Source: a virus (lineage: Duplodnaviria > Caudoviricetes). Taken from it: a stretch of DNA of 46,289 bases. The notes below the pieces were generated by a model that saw nothing but the letters and a program-made list of their open reading frames with translations, was not told where the DNA came from and searched no databases. Of the stretch, positions 18,858-27,917 are shown piece after piece. The stretch covers positions 1 to 46,289 of IMG/VR virus record IMGVR_UViG_3300005077_000450; one strand, given 5' to 3'. How positions within the stretch are numbered: the stretch's first letter is position 1; the number at the start of each line of letters is the position of its first letter. A program made the translations under genes and the position numbers.

Positions 18858-20060
18858 ATGTCAGATAGTAACAGAGTCAGATTAATGTATGTGCCGACCA
18901 CGAGCACGTCGCAGCCAGTAATGCTGACGTCTCAACCAGCGCAGTCGGAAGCTGGATACGTTCTGCGGTATACGTCCGAAAATCTTCACGAGGAAACGGA
19001 TACTGTCGTTAGCCAGGAGATTAGATCGGACCGGCAGGTCACCGATTTGATCCGTACCAGCATCAAGGGCATGGGATCCATTAACTACGAGTGGAGCCAT
19101 GGTGCATACGACAACTTTCTTGCGTATGTGTTGCAGGATGCCGACGCGGCGTTTTCAACGAGTACGTCGACGACAACGACTCTTTCGGCAACCACTTCTA
19201 CGGTGTCTGCATCGTCCGGGTCTCCGTTTTCGTTTTTGACGGCTGGTGACTGGGTATATATGTATGGGTGGAGTACTGCAACCCCACTAAACAATGCGCC
19301 TTTTCATGTGTCGGCGGTTTCGAGCGATAATAGGACGCTAACGCTTACCGAGGGCTTTACAGCATTAACGTCTTCAACGACACAATCTGATATTTCGGTA
19401 AGAAAAAGCCCTATGGTTCGAAACGGGACGTTTCAGAAGACCATTTTCATTGAAAAGAAGTTCGAAGACCTTACGACGGAATACGCGATCTATTGGAATA
19501 TGTTCCTCGACAAGTGGACTATTGATTTTAACGCGCGCGGCGTCGTTGGCGGTTCATTTGAATTTCTCGGGCAGAAAGAGGTTAGTTCTACTTCAGCTCT
19601 TAGCACATCGACCAGCGCAGCGGCCACAAACAGCGTGTTGAATACTGTCGATAATGTGTACGTTTATGAAGGGACAAGTACGACTGCACTAAAGGTTGCG
19701 CAGGGTTCGATTACGCTTTCAAATAACCTGCGTGACAGGGCGGCCGTCGGATACCTCGGGCCGGAAAGCATCGGAAGCGGCACCGTCTCTGTTTCGGGTA
19801 GTCTTCAGCTGTATTATTCCGACAAGACGTACATTGACAAGTACCTCGGACAGACGGCGACCTCGCTTCGCGTTTTTCTGTATGATTCGACCGCTTCACC
19901 AAGTTGGTACCTTATTGATCTTCCGCGCGTGAAGCTTTCCAAGGGTGATCGCATTGCCGGGGGGATTAATCAGGACGTTTTCAGCAACATCGAATTCACC
20001 GCTTATATGCATCCGACGTACAGCTATACGGCGAAGGTGGTGAAAGTAGATGCTGCGTAG
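18858..20060 (+). CDS. major tail tube protein with Ser/Thr-rich insertion
   Basis: SQEIRSDRQ, FIEKKFED, VSGSLQLYY and LPRVK motifs. Confidence 0.85.
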   Translation: MSDSNRVRLMYVPTTSTSQPVMLTSQPAQSEAGYVLRYTSENLHEETDTVVSQEIRSDRQVTDLIRTSIKGMGSINYEWSHGAYDNFLAYVLQDADAAFSTSTSTTTTLSATTSTVSASSGSPFSFLTAGDWVYMYGWSTATPLNNAPFHVSAVSSDNRTLTLTEGFTALTSSTTQSDISVRKSPMVRNGTFQKTIFIEKKFEDLTTEYAIYWNMFLDKWTIDFNARGVVGGSFEFLGQKEVSSTSALSTSTSAAATNSVLNTVDNVYVYEGTSTTALKVAQGSITLSNNLRDRAAVGYLGPESIGSGTVSVSGSLQLYYSDKTYIDKYLGQTATSLRVFLYDSTASPSWYLIDLPRVKLSKGDRIAGGINQDVFSNIEFTAYMHPTYSYTAKVVKVDAA

Positions 20061-20080
20061 TATTTTAGGGAACCATTGAA

Positions 20081-20512
20081 ATGCAAGATGCCGTTGAAAA
20101 AGTTGCGAATACGTTGAAGCTTCTTCGCGGCAATCCGGAAAAGGAGCGGGCGGGCGTCAAGCTTGAATGCCCGCTTGCTCCTGGCGTTTTTGTCTGGATT
20201 GCACGAATGGGAAGCGCCGAATACGATGAAGAAATCGCCAGGCTGTTGAAACCGCACAGGGCCAGATATCGAAGGAACATTCCAGACGATGTTATGGATG
20301 CTGTGACAAAAGAAGCCGTCGCTAATTGCATCTGCAAGGGTTGGGAAGGCATTTCCGGGCCTGACGGCAAAGACATTCCGTATTCGCCAGAAAAGGCGCT
20401 TGAGCTGTTCAAAGACAAATCGCTTTATCACTTTTACAGGTGGATCATAACTGAATCGAACGCCGCTTCGAATTATGAGGCGGAAGAGGCGGAAGAGTCG
20501 GTAAAAAACTAA
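20081..20512 (+). CDS. tail assembly chaperone (G)
   Basis: KGWEGI..IPYSPEKALEL; ends in the slippery A AAA AAC TAA. Confidence 0.85.
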   Translation: MQDAVEKVANTLKLLRGNPEKERAGVKLECPLAPGVFVWIARMGSAEYDEEIARLLKPHRARYRRNIPDDVMDAVTKEAVANCICKGWEGISGPDGKDIPYSPEKALELFKDKSLYHFYRWIITESNAASNYEAEEAEESVKN

Positions 20513-20829
20513 CTGCGCTCCTCGATTGGCAATTAAGCATCGGGGGGCCAGACAAAATAGATTGGCTTGAGCGTTTGGCCGCAAGCGGATATGAAGTTCC
20601 GGAGATTGACAATAGGCCGACGCTCAAGCCCTACGACGCACCGGCATGGGAGGCGTTTATTGATTTGTCTGACGAAAGGATGGATGGCGGCGGAATATCA
20701 TCGTCTTCAATCGAGGCGTGGCTTCGCGTGCGCGGGTATTGTGACTCGTCCCGAAGAGAACATATTTACAGGGTTGTCAAGTCGCTTGATCGCGAATACC
20801 AACAGCGACTACGGGAGCAAAATCGGTGA
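20503..20829 (+). CDS. -1 frameshift extension of the tail chaperone (GT)
   Basis: The -1 frame is open from the A_AAA_AAC heptamer (20503-20509) through LTALLDWQ..AWEAFIDLS..LDREY to 20829. Confidence 0.8.
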   Translation, partial: KKLTALLDWQLSIGGPDKIDWLERLAASGYEVPEIDNRPTLKPYDAPAWEAFIDLSDERMDGGGISSSSIEAWLRVRGYCDSSRREHIYRVVKSLDREYQQRLREQNR

Positions 20830-23800
20830 GTGAACTTACAAGCCTTCACATTGCCATATCATCCGAGCAAGCGAAGTCTGAGGCGAAGCAGACCGGCGAC
20901 GCCATTCGCCGCATGGGCAAAGAGGCGGACGGCGCCGGGAAAGATGTCAAAGCACTTGACAAGAATCTGAACGTTCTCGGGGACACCGGGGCGAAGGTGA
21001 AGCGGTACATAACCGGCGCTTTTGCCGGGTTGTCTGCCGGGCTTGTACTGCGTGACATAACGCGAACTGTAGCCGACTTTTCTCAGGCGATGGCGACGAA
21101 CCGTGCCGTGTCTCGTGCAAGCGCCGACGAAATGACAATCCTCGAGGATGCCGCGCGGCGCATGGGTGCCACAACAAAATATAGCGCGGCAGAAGCTGCT
21201 TCCGGCATGACGGATATTTTGAAGGCCGGAAACGACGCGGTCGCAACCGTTGAAATACTTCCGAACGTTTTAAATCTCGCATCCGCCGGCGCGATCGGGC
21301 TGGCGCAATCCAGCGAAATACTCATTTCCACACTAAGCCAGTTTCAGCTTGCCGCCTCGGAGTCTGCGAGGGTGACGGACGTTCTTGCCAAGGCTGATAA
21401 CCTGGCGCTTGTGGCCATTAGCGATTTGGGCCAGGCGCTTGGCAACGTCGGTCCTCTTGCGTCGGCGTTGAATGTGCCGCTTGAAACCACGGCTGCCGCC
21501 CTTAGCGTTCTCGGAGACAACGCCATTCGCGGCGGCGAGGCTGGTACGGGACTGAAAACTGTACTGGCTGATCTTGTCAATCCAGTAAGCAGCGTGCGTG
21601 CTGAGATTGAAAGCTTGATCGGACCGTTTGACAAAATAGATGTAAGCGGAAATGGCCTTATAGATATATTTGGGCGACTTAATGCGGCGGGAATGGACGC
21701 AGCATCGGCATTTAAAATATTTGGATCGTATGGAGTAACGGCGGCCACGGCGCTGGCAAGCAACGTTAATAAGTTTGCCTATTTCAATGAGGAATTACAG
21801 AAGGCCGGTGGATTCGCTTCCGAGACGGCAGAGATTATGAGTAACAATCTCGCCAATTCGTTCAAGGGGCTGCGATCCGCGATTGAAGAAGCTTATCTTC
21901 AGGTTGGCGATGCTGGCTTTGCTGGCGGTATGCGATCGGCCATTGATACCGGAACGGAAATGGTTCGCATCCTAACCGGGATGAGTGATGGCGCCGGGGA
22001 ATATTCCGAGGCGGCGAATGTTGCGCTTGACGTAACGAAGGTGCTTGCGATCCAGCTTGGTGCCATTGCAGCGGCCAAGGTAGCGATTCATATCATTGCG
22101 TTATCAAAGGCGTTTTATACGGCGGCGGCAGCCGCAATGGCAACGACTGCAAGCGTATCGGCGCTTGACGCCGCGATGGGGGTGACAGCCATACGGGCAA
22201 CAGCGGCGACCAGCGCTATGGCGGGGCTTCGCGCCGTGATGGTTTCGCATCCAATAGGGGCGCTTGCTACGATTCTTGGGACGGTTGGGGCGGCATGGGT
22301 TATCGTCAATAATCGGGTGGACGAGGCCACCGAACGGCTGAAGAATTTTAAGGCTGCTGCTGCTTCTCTTGACGATATGGCGAACGCGCAGCAGCGGCTA
22401 AACAACGCGTTTAGCATGGCGTATTCTTCGGACGATACGGCGCGTCAGGCCAAAGCCGTTCAGAGTATAATCGATAACCTTAACAGGGCGATCGATGAGA
22501 TTGCAGAATCCGGCGCGCGCGTTGATATTGACGATCTGGTTAAATTCAATACCGACGTCGCCGGGTTTAGCGAACTCAAGGCAACGCTTCAGCAGAATTA
22601 TATATCGGCATATCGCGAGGCGTTATCTGGTGCTGGCACAGCAGCAGAGATTAGAAATATCGTCGAAGATGCTGCAAAATATTTTAATATTAGCGCGCGC
22701 GATATTATGTCCGCACCGCTTGAGTTCCAAGTATCTTATTCGGCGCCGATTGCGGGTTCTGTAGAGAAGACGAACGAATCCATCGAAGAAATGAAAAGGC
22801 GCATCGATGCCGCCATAACATCGGCAGAGCTGATAGGCGTCGACGGTGCGCAGGCCATTGACCTGCTGAATCAATCATTAAAATCAACCACGGAATATTT
22901 GGCTGAAATAACTTCCGTGCCAGAAGCCGTTGAGATTATAGATCCGCGCCAGGTAGAGGTTATTAAAAGCCTGAACGACGGACTTGGAGAAATTCTGTCA
23001 TCCATTGAAAAGGAAATAAGCCTTATCGGGATGACATCTGAACAGCGCGAGAAGATGAAGCTTCTCGAAGAGGCTTGGGCCGCAACGGCCAAGCTTGGGC
23101 TGTCCGAGCGATTCGCGGCTATGCAGCTTGTTTCCGATAAATTTGATGAGCTTATCGAGAAGCAGAAATCACTTAATGAAACATCCGGCGCGCCTGTCAG
23201 TATTGCGTGGAACATACCGGACGCTTCACAGACTATAGAGGGGCTTGATGAACATCTTCGTTCGCTTGGGCAAACAGCCAGCGAGGCGCGTATTGATCGA
23301 ACCATGCAAAGCGCAAGAATTGAGGCGGAAGCATTCGCGCAGGTTAAGTTCGATCAGATAAAACAACAGATTCAAGACGGCGTTGCATCCTGGGATGATT
23401 TAGCAGCGGCGGAATATGAGGCCGGAAGAAACATCGATTATGTAGTCGCGCAGGCAAAGAAGCTTGAAGAAGCAGCCATCCAGGCCGAGAAGCTTCGCGT
23501 ACAGGCGGAGGGGATCGGGTACGCGTTCGGGGATACAGCCGAGTCGGTGATTCTGGATTCCGAAGATATCGGAGACGCTATCGAACGGCTTGCAAAAGAC
23601 ATCGCAAGCCAAACATGGAGAATAAATGTAACACAGCCGATTGCCGAACAGCTTGGCGCATTGGGCGGTGGCGGTGTTGGCCTTGCTGAAACGGCTGGAT
23701 CCGAGGCGATGGTTGAAGCTGGGGTGAGTTTGTCTTCAATCCTTGCGGAAGGCGCGGCGACCGCATCAACCGAACTTGTCACGGCAGGCGCGGATGTCTC

Positions 23801-24275
23801 GATGTCTATCACGACGGGCGGGTCTACGGCATCAACGGAACTCATTGCCGCAGGCAACGCCGTCATGGCATCCATGATCGAAGGTGCTACGCAGGCGGCG
23901 GCTATCATGTCTTCGTCTTCTGCGGCGTCTTCCGTTGGCGGCGCTTCGACGAGTGCGAAAGGCAATGTCTTTAATCAATCCGGCATGATTCATTCTTTCG
24001 GGTATGGCGGCGTGGTGAGTGACGAGACATACTTTACTTATGGTGCTGGCAAGCTTGGGAGAATGGCCGAGAACGAACCGGAAGCCATCATGCCGCTTGC
24101 GAGGGGATCATCTGGAAGGCTTGGCGTCGAGGCCGTCGGCGCATCCGGCAAGTCAACGGTAAACAACTATAATATATCCATGACGGTGAATGCTAAGGAT
24201 GCGGCGTCGTTTGCGGACAGGCAGACGCAGCGCCAAATAATCGGCAATCTTAACCGCGCGATGGGGCGGAAATAA
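20826..24275 (+). CDS. tape measure protein (TP901-type core)
   Basis: ARRMGATTKYSAAEAASG and GGEAGTGLK motifs; C-terminal AKGNVF..MAENEPEAIMPL. Confidence 0.95.
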   Translation: MSELTSLHIAISSEQAKSEAKQTGDAIRRMGKEADGAGKDVKALDKNLNVLGDTGAKVKRYITGAFAGLSAGLVLRDITRTVADFSQAMATNRAVSRASADEMTILEDAARRMGATTKYSAAEAASGMTDILKAGNDAVATVEILPNVLNLASAGAIGLAQSSEILISTLSQFQLAASESARVTDVLAKADNLALVAISDLGQALGNVGPLASALNVPLETTAAALSVLGDNAIRGGEAGTGLKTVLADLVNPVSSVRAEIESLIGPFDKIDVSGNGLIDIFGRLNAAGMDAASAFKIFGSYGVTAATALASNVNKFAYFNEELQKAGGFASETAEIMSNNLANSFKGLRSAIEEAYLQVGDAGFAGGMRSAIDTGTEMVRILTGMSDGAGEYSEAANVALDVTKVLAIQLGAIAAAKVAIHIIALSKAFYTAAAAAMATTASVSALDAAMGVTAIRATAATSAMAGLRAVMVSHPIGALATILGTVGAAWVIVNNRVDEATERLKNFKAAAASLDDMANAQQRLNNAFSMAYSSDDTARQAKAVQSIIDNLNRAIDEIAESGARVDIDDLVKFNTDVAGFSELKATLQQNYISAYREALSGAGTAAEIRNIVEDAAKYFNISARDIMSAPLEFQVSYSAPIAGSVEKTNESIEEMKRRIDAAITSAELIGVDGAQAIDLLNQSLKSTTEYLAEITSVPEAVEIIDPRQVEVIKSLNDGLGEILSSIEKEISLIGMTSEQREKMKLLEEAWAATAKLGLSERFAAMQLVSDKFDELIEKQKSLNETSGAPVSIAWNIPDASQTIEGLDEHLRSLGQTASEARIDRTMQSARIEAEAFAQVKFDQIKQQIQDGVASWDDLAAAEYEAGRNIDYVVAQAKKLEEAAIQAEKLRVQAEGIGYAFGDTAESVILDSEDIGDAIERLAKDIASQTWRINVTQPIAEQLGALGGGGVGLAETAGSEAMVEAGVSLSSILAEGAATASTELVTAGADVSMSITTGGSTASTELIAAGNAVMASMIEGATQAAAIMSSSSAASSVGGASTSAKGNVFNQSGMIHSFGYGGVVSDETYFTYGAGKLGRMAENEPEAIMPLARGSSGRLGVEAVGASGKSTVNNYNISMTVNAKDAASFADRQTQRQIIGNLNRAMGRK

Positions 24276-24276
24276 T

Positions 24277-25320
24277 ATGGTAGGAACTTTTGACGAGGTT
24301 CGGTTTCCAGAAGAGTTCAGCTTTGATTCAAGCGTATCGCTTGGCTATAGAAACGCGGCGCATAAGTCGTCGGATGGAAGCGATTATAGTATTCAATTTC
24401 ACGGGCACCCGCTTAGAAAATACGAAGTTCGGCTATCTGGCAGAACGCGCGCCGAGCTTCGAGAACTTTACAGCTTCTACATGGCGCGCAACGGCGGCGT
24501 AAATGGCTTTCGACTGAAGGATCCTACGGATTTTACATCTTCGCTTGATGGTGTATCCGCGCATTCTCGTTACGATCAAGTTATGGCGTTTTCGTTTTCA
24601 ACATCGACGATGCCGGAATATCCAACTTATAGCCCGCTGATATATCAGCTTGTTAAACATTATGCGGATGCTGGCGGATTTTATAAACGCATTATCACAA
24701 AGCCGGTTTCTGGCACTACCATGGAAGCGGCAAACGGCGGAACGTACACAAAATTTACGGTTGATACTGCAACCGGCCTTGTTACGCAGGACGATTATAA
24801 CGAGGGATATTTAATAACGGCAGGATTTGAGTTCGACGTTCCGGTGATTTTCTCGCCGGAGACGGATAGGATCATGCAGGCCGCGTTGAAGGGCGACAAC
24901 TCGAGCGATGTTATGATAACGTTGCACGAAATACCGATATTGCACGCATTAAAGCAATCTGGATCCAAGGTGTACCCTGTGCAAGACGAACACGATGCGG
25001 GTGGATATAAAAACCTTGGCGCTATTTACGATTCCGTTTATGTAACCGGCGCTGAAGCGCGCGTATGGGCCATGACGCCGATGGTGAATTCTCTAAAAGT
25101 ATATATAGACGATCCTTCGCTATATCCACCGGGTGGGCCGCATTTGATTCTCATTAACCAGTCAACGACGCGTACGATGGAGGTATGCAACAAAAATACA
25201 GGCGCTGCGATAGATACGATCTATGCGGCGCCAGCAACGTCAAACTCTAGGGCAACGTTGATGTTTGTTGTTTATGAGAATGCTTACATTTGGATTTCAT
25301 CGTCGCGGACAGGAGCCTAG
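24277..25320 (+). CDS. distal tail protein, DUF2460 family, copy 1 with C-terminal extension
   Basis: FDEVRFP, GFRLKDPTDF, YQLVKHY, ITKPV and TAGFEFDVPV motifs. Confidence 0.85.
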   Translation: MVGTFDEVRFPEEFSFDSSVSLGYRNAAHKSSDGSDYSIQFHGHPLRKYEVRLSGRTRAELRELYSFYMARNGGVNGFRLKDPTDFTSSLDGVSAHSRYDQVMAFSFSTSTMPEYPTYSPLIYQLVKHYADAGGFYKRIITKPVSGTTMEAANGGTYTKFTVDTATGLVTQDDYNEGYLITAGFEFDVPVIFSPETDRIMQAALKGDNSSDVMITLHEIPILHALKQSGSKVYPVQDEHDAGGYKNLGAIYDSVYVTGAEARVWAMTPMVNSLKVYIDDPSLYPPGGPHLILINQSTTRTMEVCNKNTGAAIDTIYAAPATSNSRATLMFVVYENAYIWISSSRTGA

Positions 25321-25323
25321 GCC

Positions 25324-26274
25324 ATGCATAATGTAAGGCTTCCAGACAAGTACGACTGGGAGAGCGAAAACGGGATAGGATTTGAGTCGTTCTTGGTGCC
25401 TTCCGATACGGGGGGGGTTGCGGGGCAGGCGCGCGTTACGACTCCGACGCGCCGATATCGCCTTATTGGGCTAAAAAGCCAATCTGATCTTGCCGAGCTT
25501 CGCCGCTTCTGGCTGGCGCGGAATGCCAATCTTCATTCGTTCCGGTTCAAAGATAAGTATGATTTTACAACGGCGACGGACGGCATAAGCACGCCAAATT
25601 ATAACGATGTAAATCTTGGAACGCAGGCGGCCAATACGCGACTTATTCAGCTTTATAAGAAATATACGTACGGATCAACGACGCACAGCAGGCCATTAAA
25701 AAAGATTGTCGAGGGAACCGTTCGCGTTGGCTATAACGGATCCGAGATAACGTCCGGCTTTTCCGTCAACCATTCGCAGGGAATATTATGTTTCACGAAC
25801 TACGTTGGAACATCCGGGCCCGTAACGTTCGGCTGCGAGTTTGACGTTCCGGTGAAATTTACTAGTGAGTGCGCGTCTTACTTTCCATGCAGCATGGAAT
25901 TTTATGACTACGCAAGCACGGAAATAAGCATCATAGAAACCTCGGAAGTTCCGATTTTCAATGAAGGATTCTTGGCTGGTGGAAGCCAGTACACGGCTTT
26001 ATCGGGTACGACTTCATATACGATGCCAGCGGAACAAAAGGATATTTTCTGCCATCTAATATATCCGCTGTCTGGAAATTCTACAATAACGCTGCCTGCG
26101 CCGTCGCTTCCGGCGGATAACGGGCCGTTCGTAAAATGGATATTTAACTATAGTGCAGTATATACCCTTACCATAAATAATGATATTGGCTGGACCGTTG
26201 GAACAATAGGGCCGAGGTGCTGTCAAGGGCTGTTCTGTTCATCTGGCTTTTACATGGGCGGGCCGCAGCAATGA
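25324..26274 (+). CDS. distal tail protein, DUF2460 family, copy 2 with C-terminal extension
   Basis: SFRFKDKYDF, QLYKKY and FGCEFDVPVKF motifs. Confidence 0.85.
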   Translation: MHNVRLPDKYDWESENGIGFESFLVPSDTGGVAGQARVTTPTRRYRLIGLKSQSDLAELRRFWLARNANLHSFRFKDKYDFTTATDGISTPNYNDVNLGTQAANTRLIQLYKKYTYGSTTHSRPLKKIVEGTVRVGYNGSEITSGFSVNHSQGILCFTNYVGTSGPVTFGCEFDVPVKFTSECASYFPCSMEFYDYASTEISIIETSEVPIFNEGFLAGGSQYTALSGTTSYTMPAEQKDIFCHLIYPLSGNSTITLPAPSLPADNGPFVKWIFNYSAVYTLTINNDIGWTVGTIGPRCCQGLFCSSGFYMGGPQQ

Positions 26275-26594
26275 TGCTTCAAACAAAATTCAAGGGAGGG
26301 TACTTAAGCAAAACAACAAATCCGATGCGTCTCAACCCATGGTCCGCGCGTCATTGGAAATTGGCTGCGCCATGTACTCAAATAATATTGCCGTACGTTT
26401 ATGCGCAACATTCGCCGTTTTCGGTGCTTGGCGGGCCGAAATTTCTTATTGAGGCGACATCCGCAGGAATACGCGTCGATACGTGGAGCGGATCAACAAT
26501 CATAGCGGAGCTTACGGCAAATAAGATGTACGAGTTTTATTTAACTGATAATTCGACAACTGGCGGTGCATGGGCCTGGATAATGTGGGATTAA
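26271..26594 (+). CDS. small tail protein resembling the DUF2460 C-terminal extensions
   Basis: GGY..ARHW..GGPKFLI compared with GGY..ARVW..GGPHLIL in copy 1. Confidence 0.6.
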   Translation: MMLQTKFKGGYLSKTTNPMRLNPWSARHWKLAAPCTQIILPYVYAQHSPFSVLGGPKFLIEATSAGIRVDTWSGSTIIAELTANKMYEFYLTDNSTTGGAWAWIMWD

Positions 26595-26598
26595 GTAA

Positions 26599-27489
26599 AT
26601 GTATCCACTTACAAAGCAAGCGCAGGGGATGCTAAAGCATAAGATTTTTCGGCCAGCGAAACTCTACTACATCCAGATGACAAACGGCGACTATCTTCTG
26701 CTAACCGATCATGACCAGCGCATCTTATATAATGGATCTTGGTACTTCCCTGGCTTCGGCGTGTCTGGTTCGAACGTAGAGCAAAGCGGAACGTTTGACG
26801 CATCGAACCAGGAAATACTTGGCGTCTTCGATACTGATGCATTCGTAACAAGCTATAACGGTGCGTCGATAACGTTAGAAGATGTTTCGGCAGGCTTCTT
26901 TCGTGGCGCCAAGGTTGTTGAAGCTATTATCGACTGGTATTACCCGTGGCTTGTTTATGAATACAACACTTACTACGTCGGCGATGTGAAATACGACGAT
27001 CAGCGGTGGAATGTTGAATTGCTCGGGCTGGAATCCAGGCTTGACGTCGTTCGCGGAAAAACCATTTCCAATAGATGCGGATATGTTTACGGCAAGGGCG
27101 ATTGTGCCCCAACTGGTGTCTTTTCGGCTACATTTACCGTTGCTGAAATATCAGAACAGCGAATATACTTTAGGGTATCCACGCTTAATCCACAATATAC
27201 GGGTTATTACGATAACGGCGTGATACAATGGACAGGCGGGGACAATCTAAATTTCTATTCGTTGATTAGCCTATATGTTTATGACGCCTCGCAAAGCTGG
27301 ATCACTTTGCTTGAACCGACTGTTTACGATATATCCGTAGGCGATGCGGCTACGATGACGCGCGCTTGTCAGAAAACGTTTGAAGATTGCGTATTGCATG
27401 GAATGTATGCGAGATTCGACGGGGTGCCGGATCCGCCCGGGGAGGATGCGCTTGTCGCAGGGCAAGATTGTTCGCAACCGCCGCCATAG
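26599..27489 (+). CDS. tail hub protein (DUF2163 / BR0599, RcGTA-like)
   Basis: LTDHDQ, C..GKGDC, WTGGDN and ACQKTFEDC..FDGVPDPPG motifs. Confidence 0.85.
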   Translation: MYPLTKQAQGMLKHKIFRPAKLYYIQMTNGDYLLLTDHDQRILYNGSWYFPGFGVSGSNVEQSGTFDASNQEILGVFDTDAFVTSYNGASITLEDVSAGFFRGAKVVEAIIDWYYPWLVYEYNTYYVGDVKYDDQRWNVELLGLESRLDVVRGKTISNRCGYVYGKGDCAPTGVFSATFTVAEISEQRIYFRVSTLNPQYTGYYDNGVIQWTGGDNLNFYSLISLYVYDASQSWITLLEPTVYDISVGDAATMTRACQKTFEDCVLHGMYARFDGVPDPPGEDALVAGQDCSQPPP

Positions 27490-27913
27490 TGATGATTTTA
27501 TTTCAGCGGCAAGATCGTTTATAGGGACGCCGTTCAGGCATCAGGGACGGCGCCCTGGCGTTGGGCTTGATTGCATTGGCGTTATGGTTTGTGCTGCATG
27601 GGCTGCCGGATACGAGGTAGACGATATCGCTAATTATTCGCGCCGACCAAACGGGCAATTAATACCGAACCTCGAAAGGCAGCTTGATAGCATTCCGATA
27701 GATGATGCAGAACCCGGTGACATTGTTGCATTCTGGATTACGCGTTGCGGCAATCCTCAACACATCGGAGTTTTGAGTTTTATAAATCCGATGACCATAA
27801 TTCATGCCCGGCTTGTTCCGCGCAGCGTTAAAGGATCGTTTGTTTGCGAGTCGCAGTTGTCGCCAGACGAGATAGCGCGTTTACATCCTCGCGCCTTCCG
27901 GTTGAGAGACTAA
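27446..27913 (+). CDS. NlpC/P60 tail-associated peptidase
   Basis: ARSFIGTPFRHQGR..GLDCIG, PGD, HIG and IIHA motifs; start uncertain. Confidence 0.9.
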   Translation: MRLSQGKIVRNRRHSDDFISAARSFIGTPFRHQGRRPGVGLDCIGVMVCAAWAAGYEVDDIANYSRRPNGQLIPNLERQLDSIPIDDAEPGDIVAFWITRCGNPQHIGVLSFINPMTIIHARLVPRSVKGSFVCESQLSPDEIARLHPRAFRLRD

Positions 27914-27917
27914 TAAA

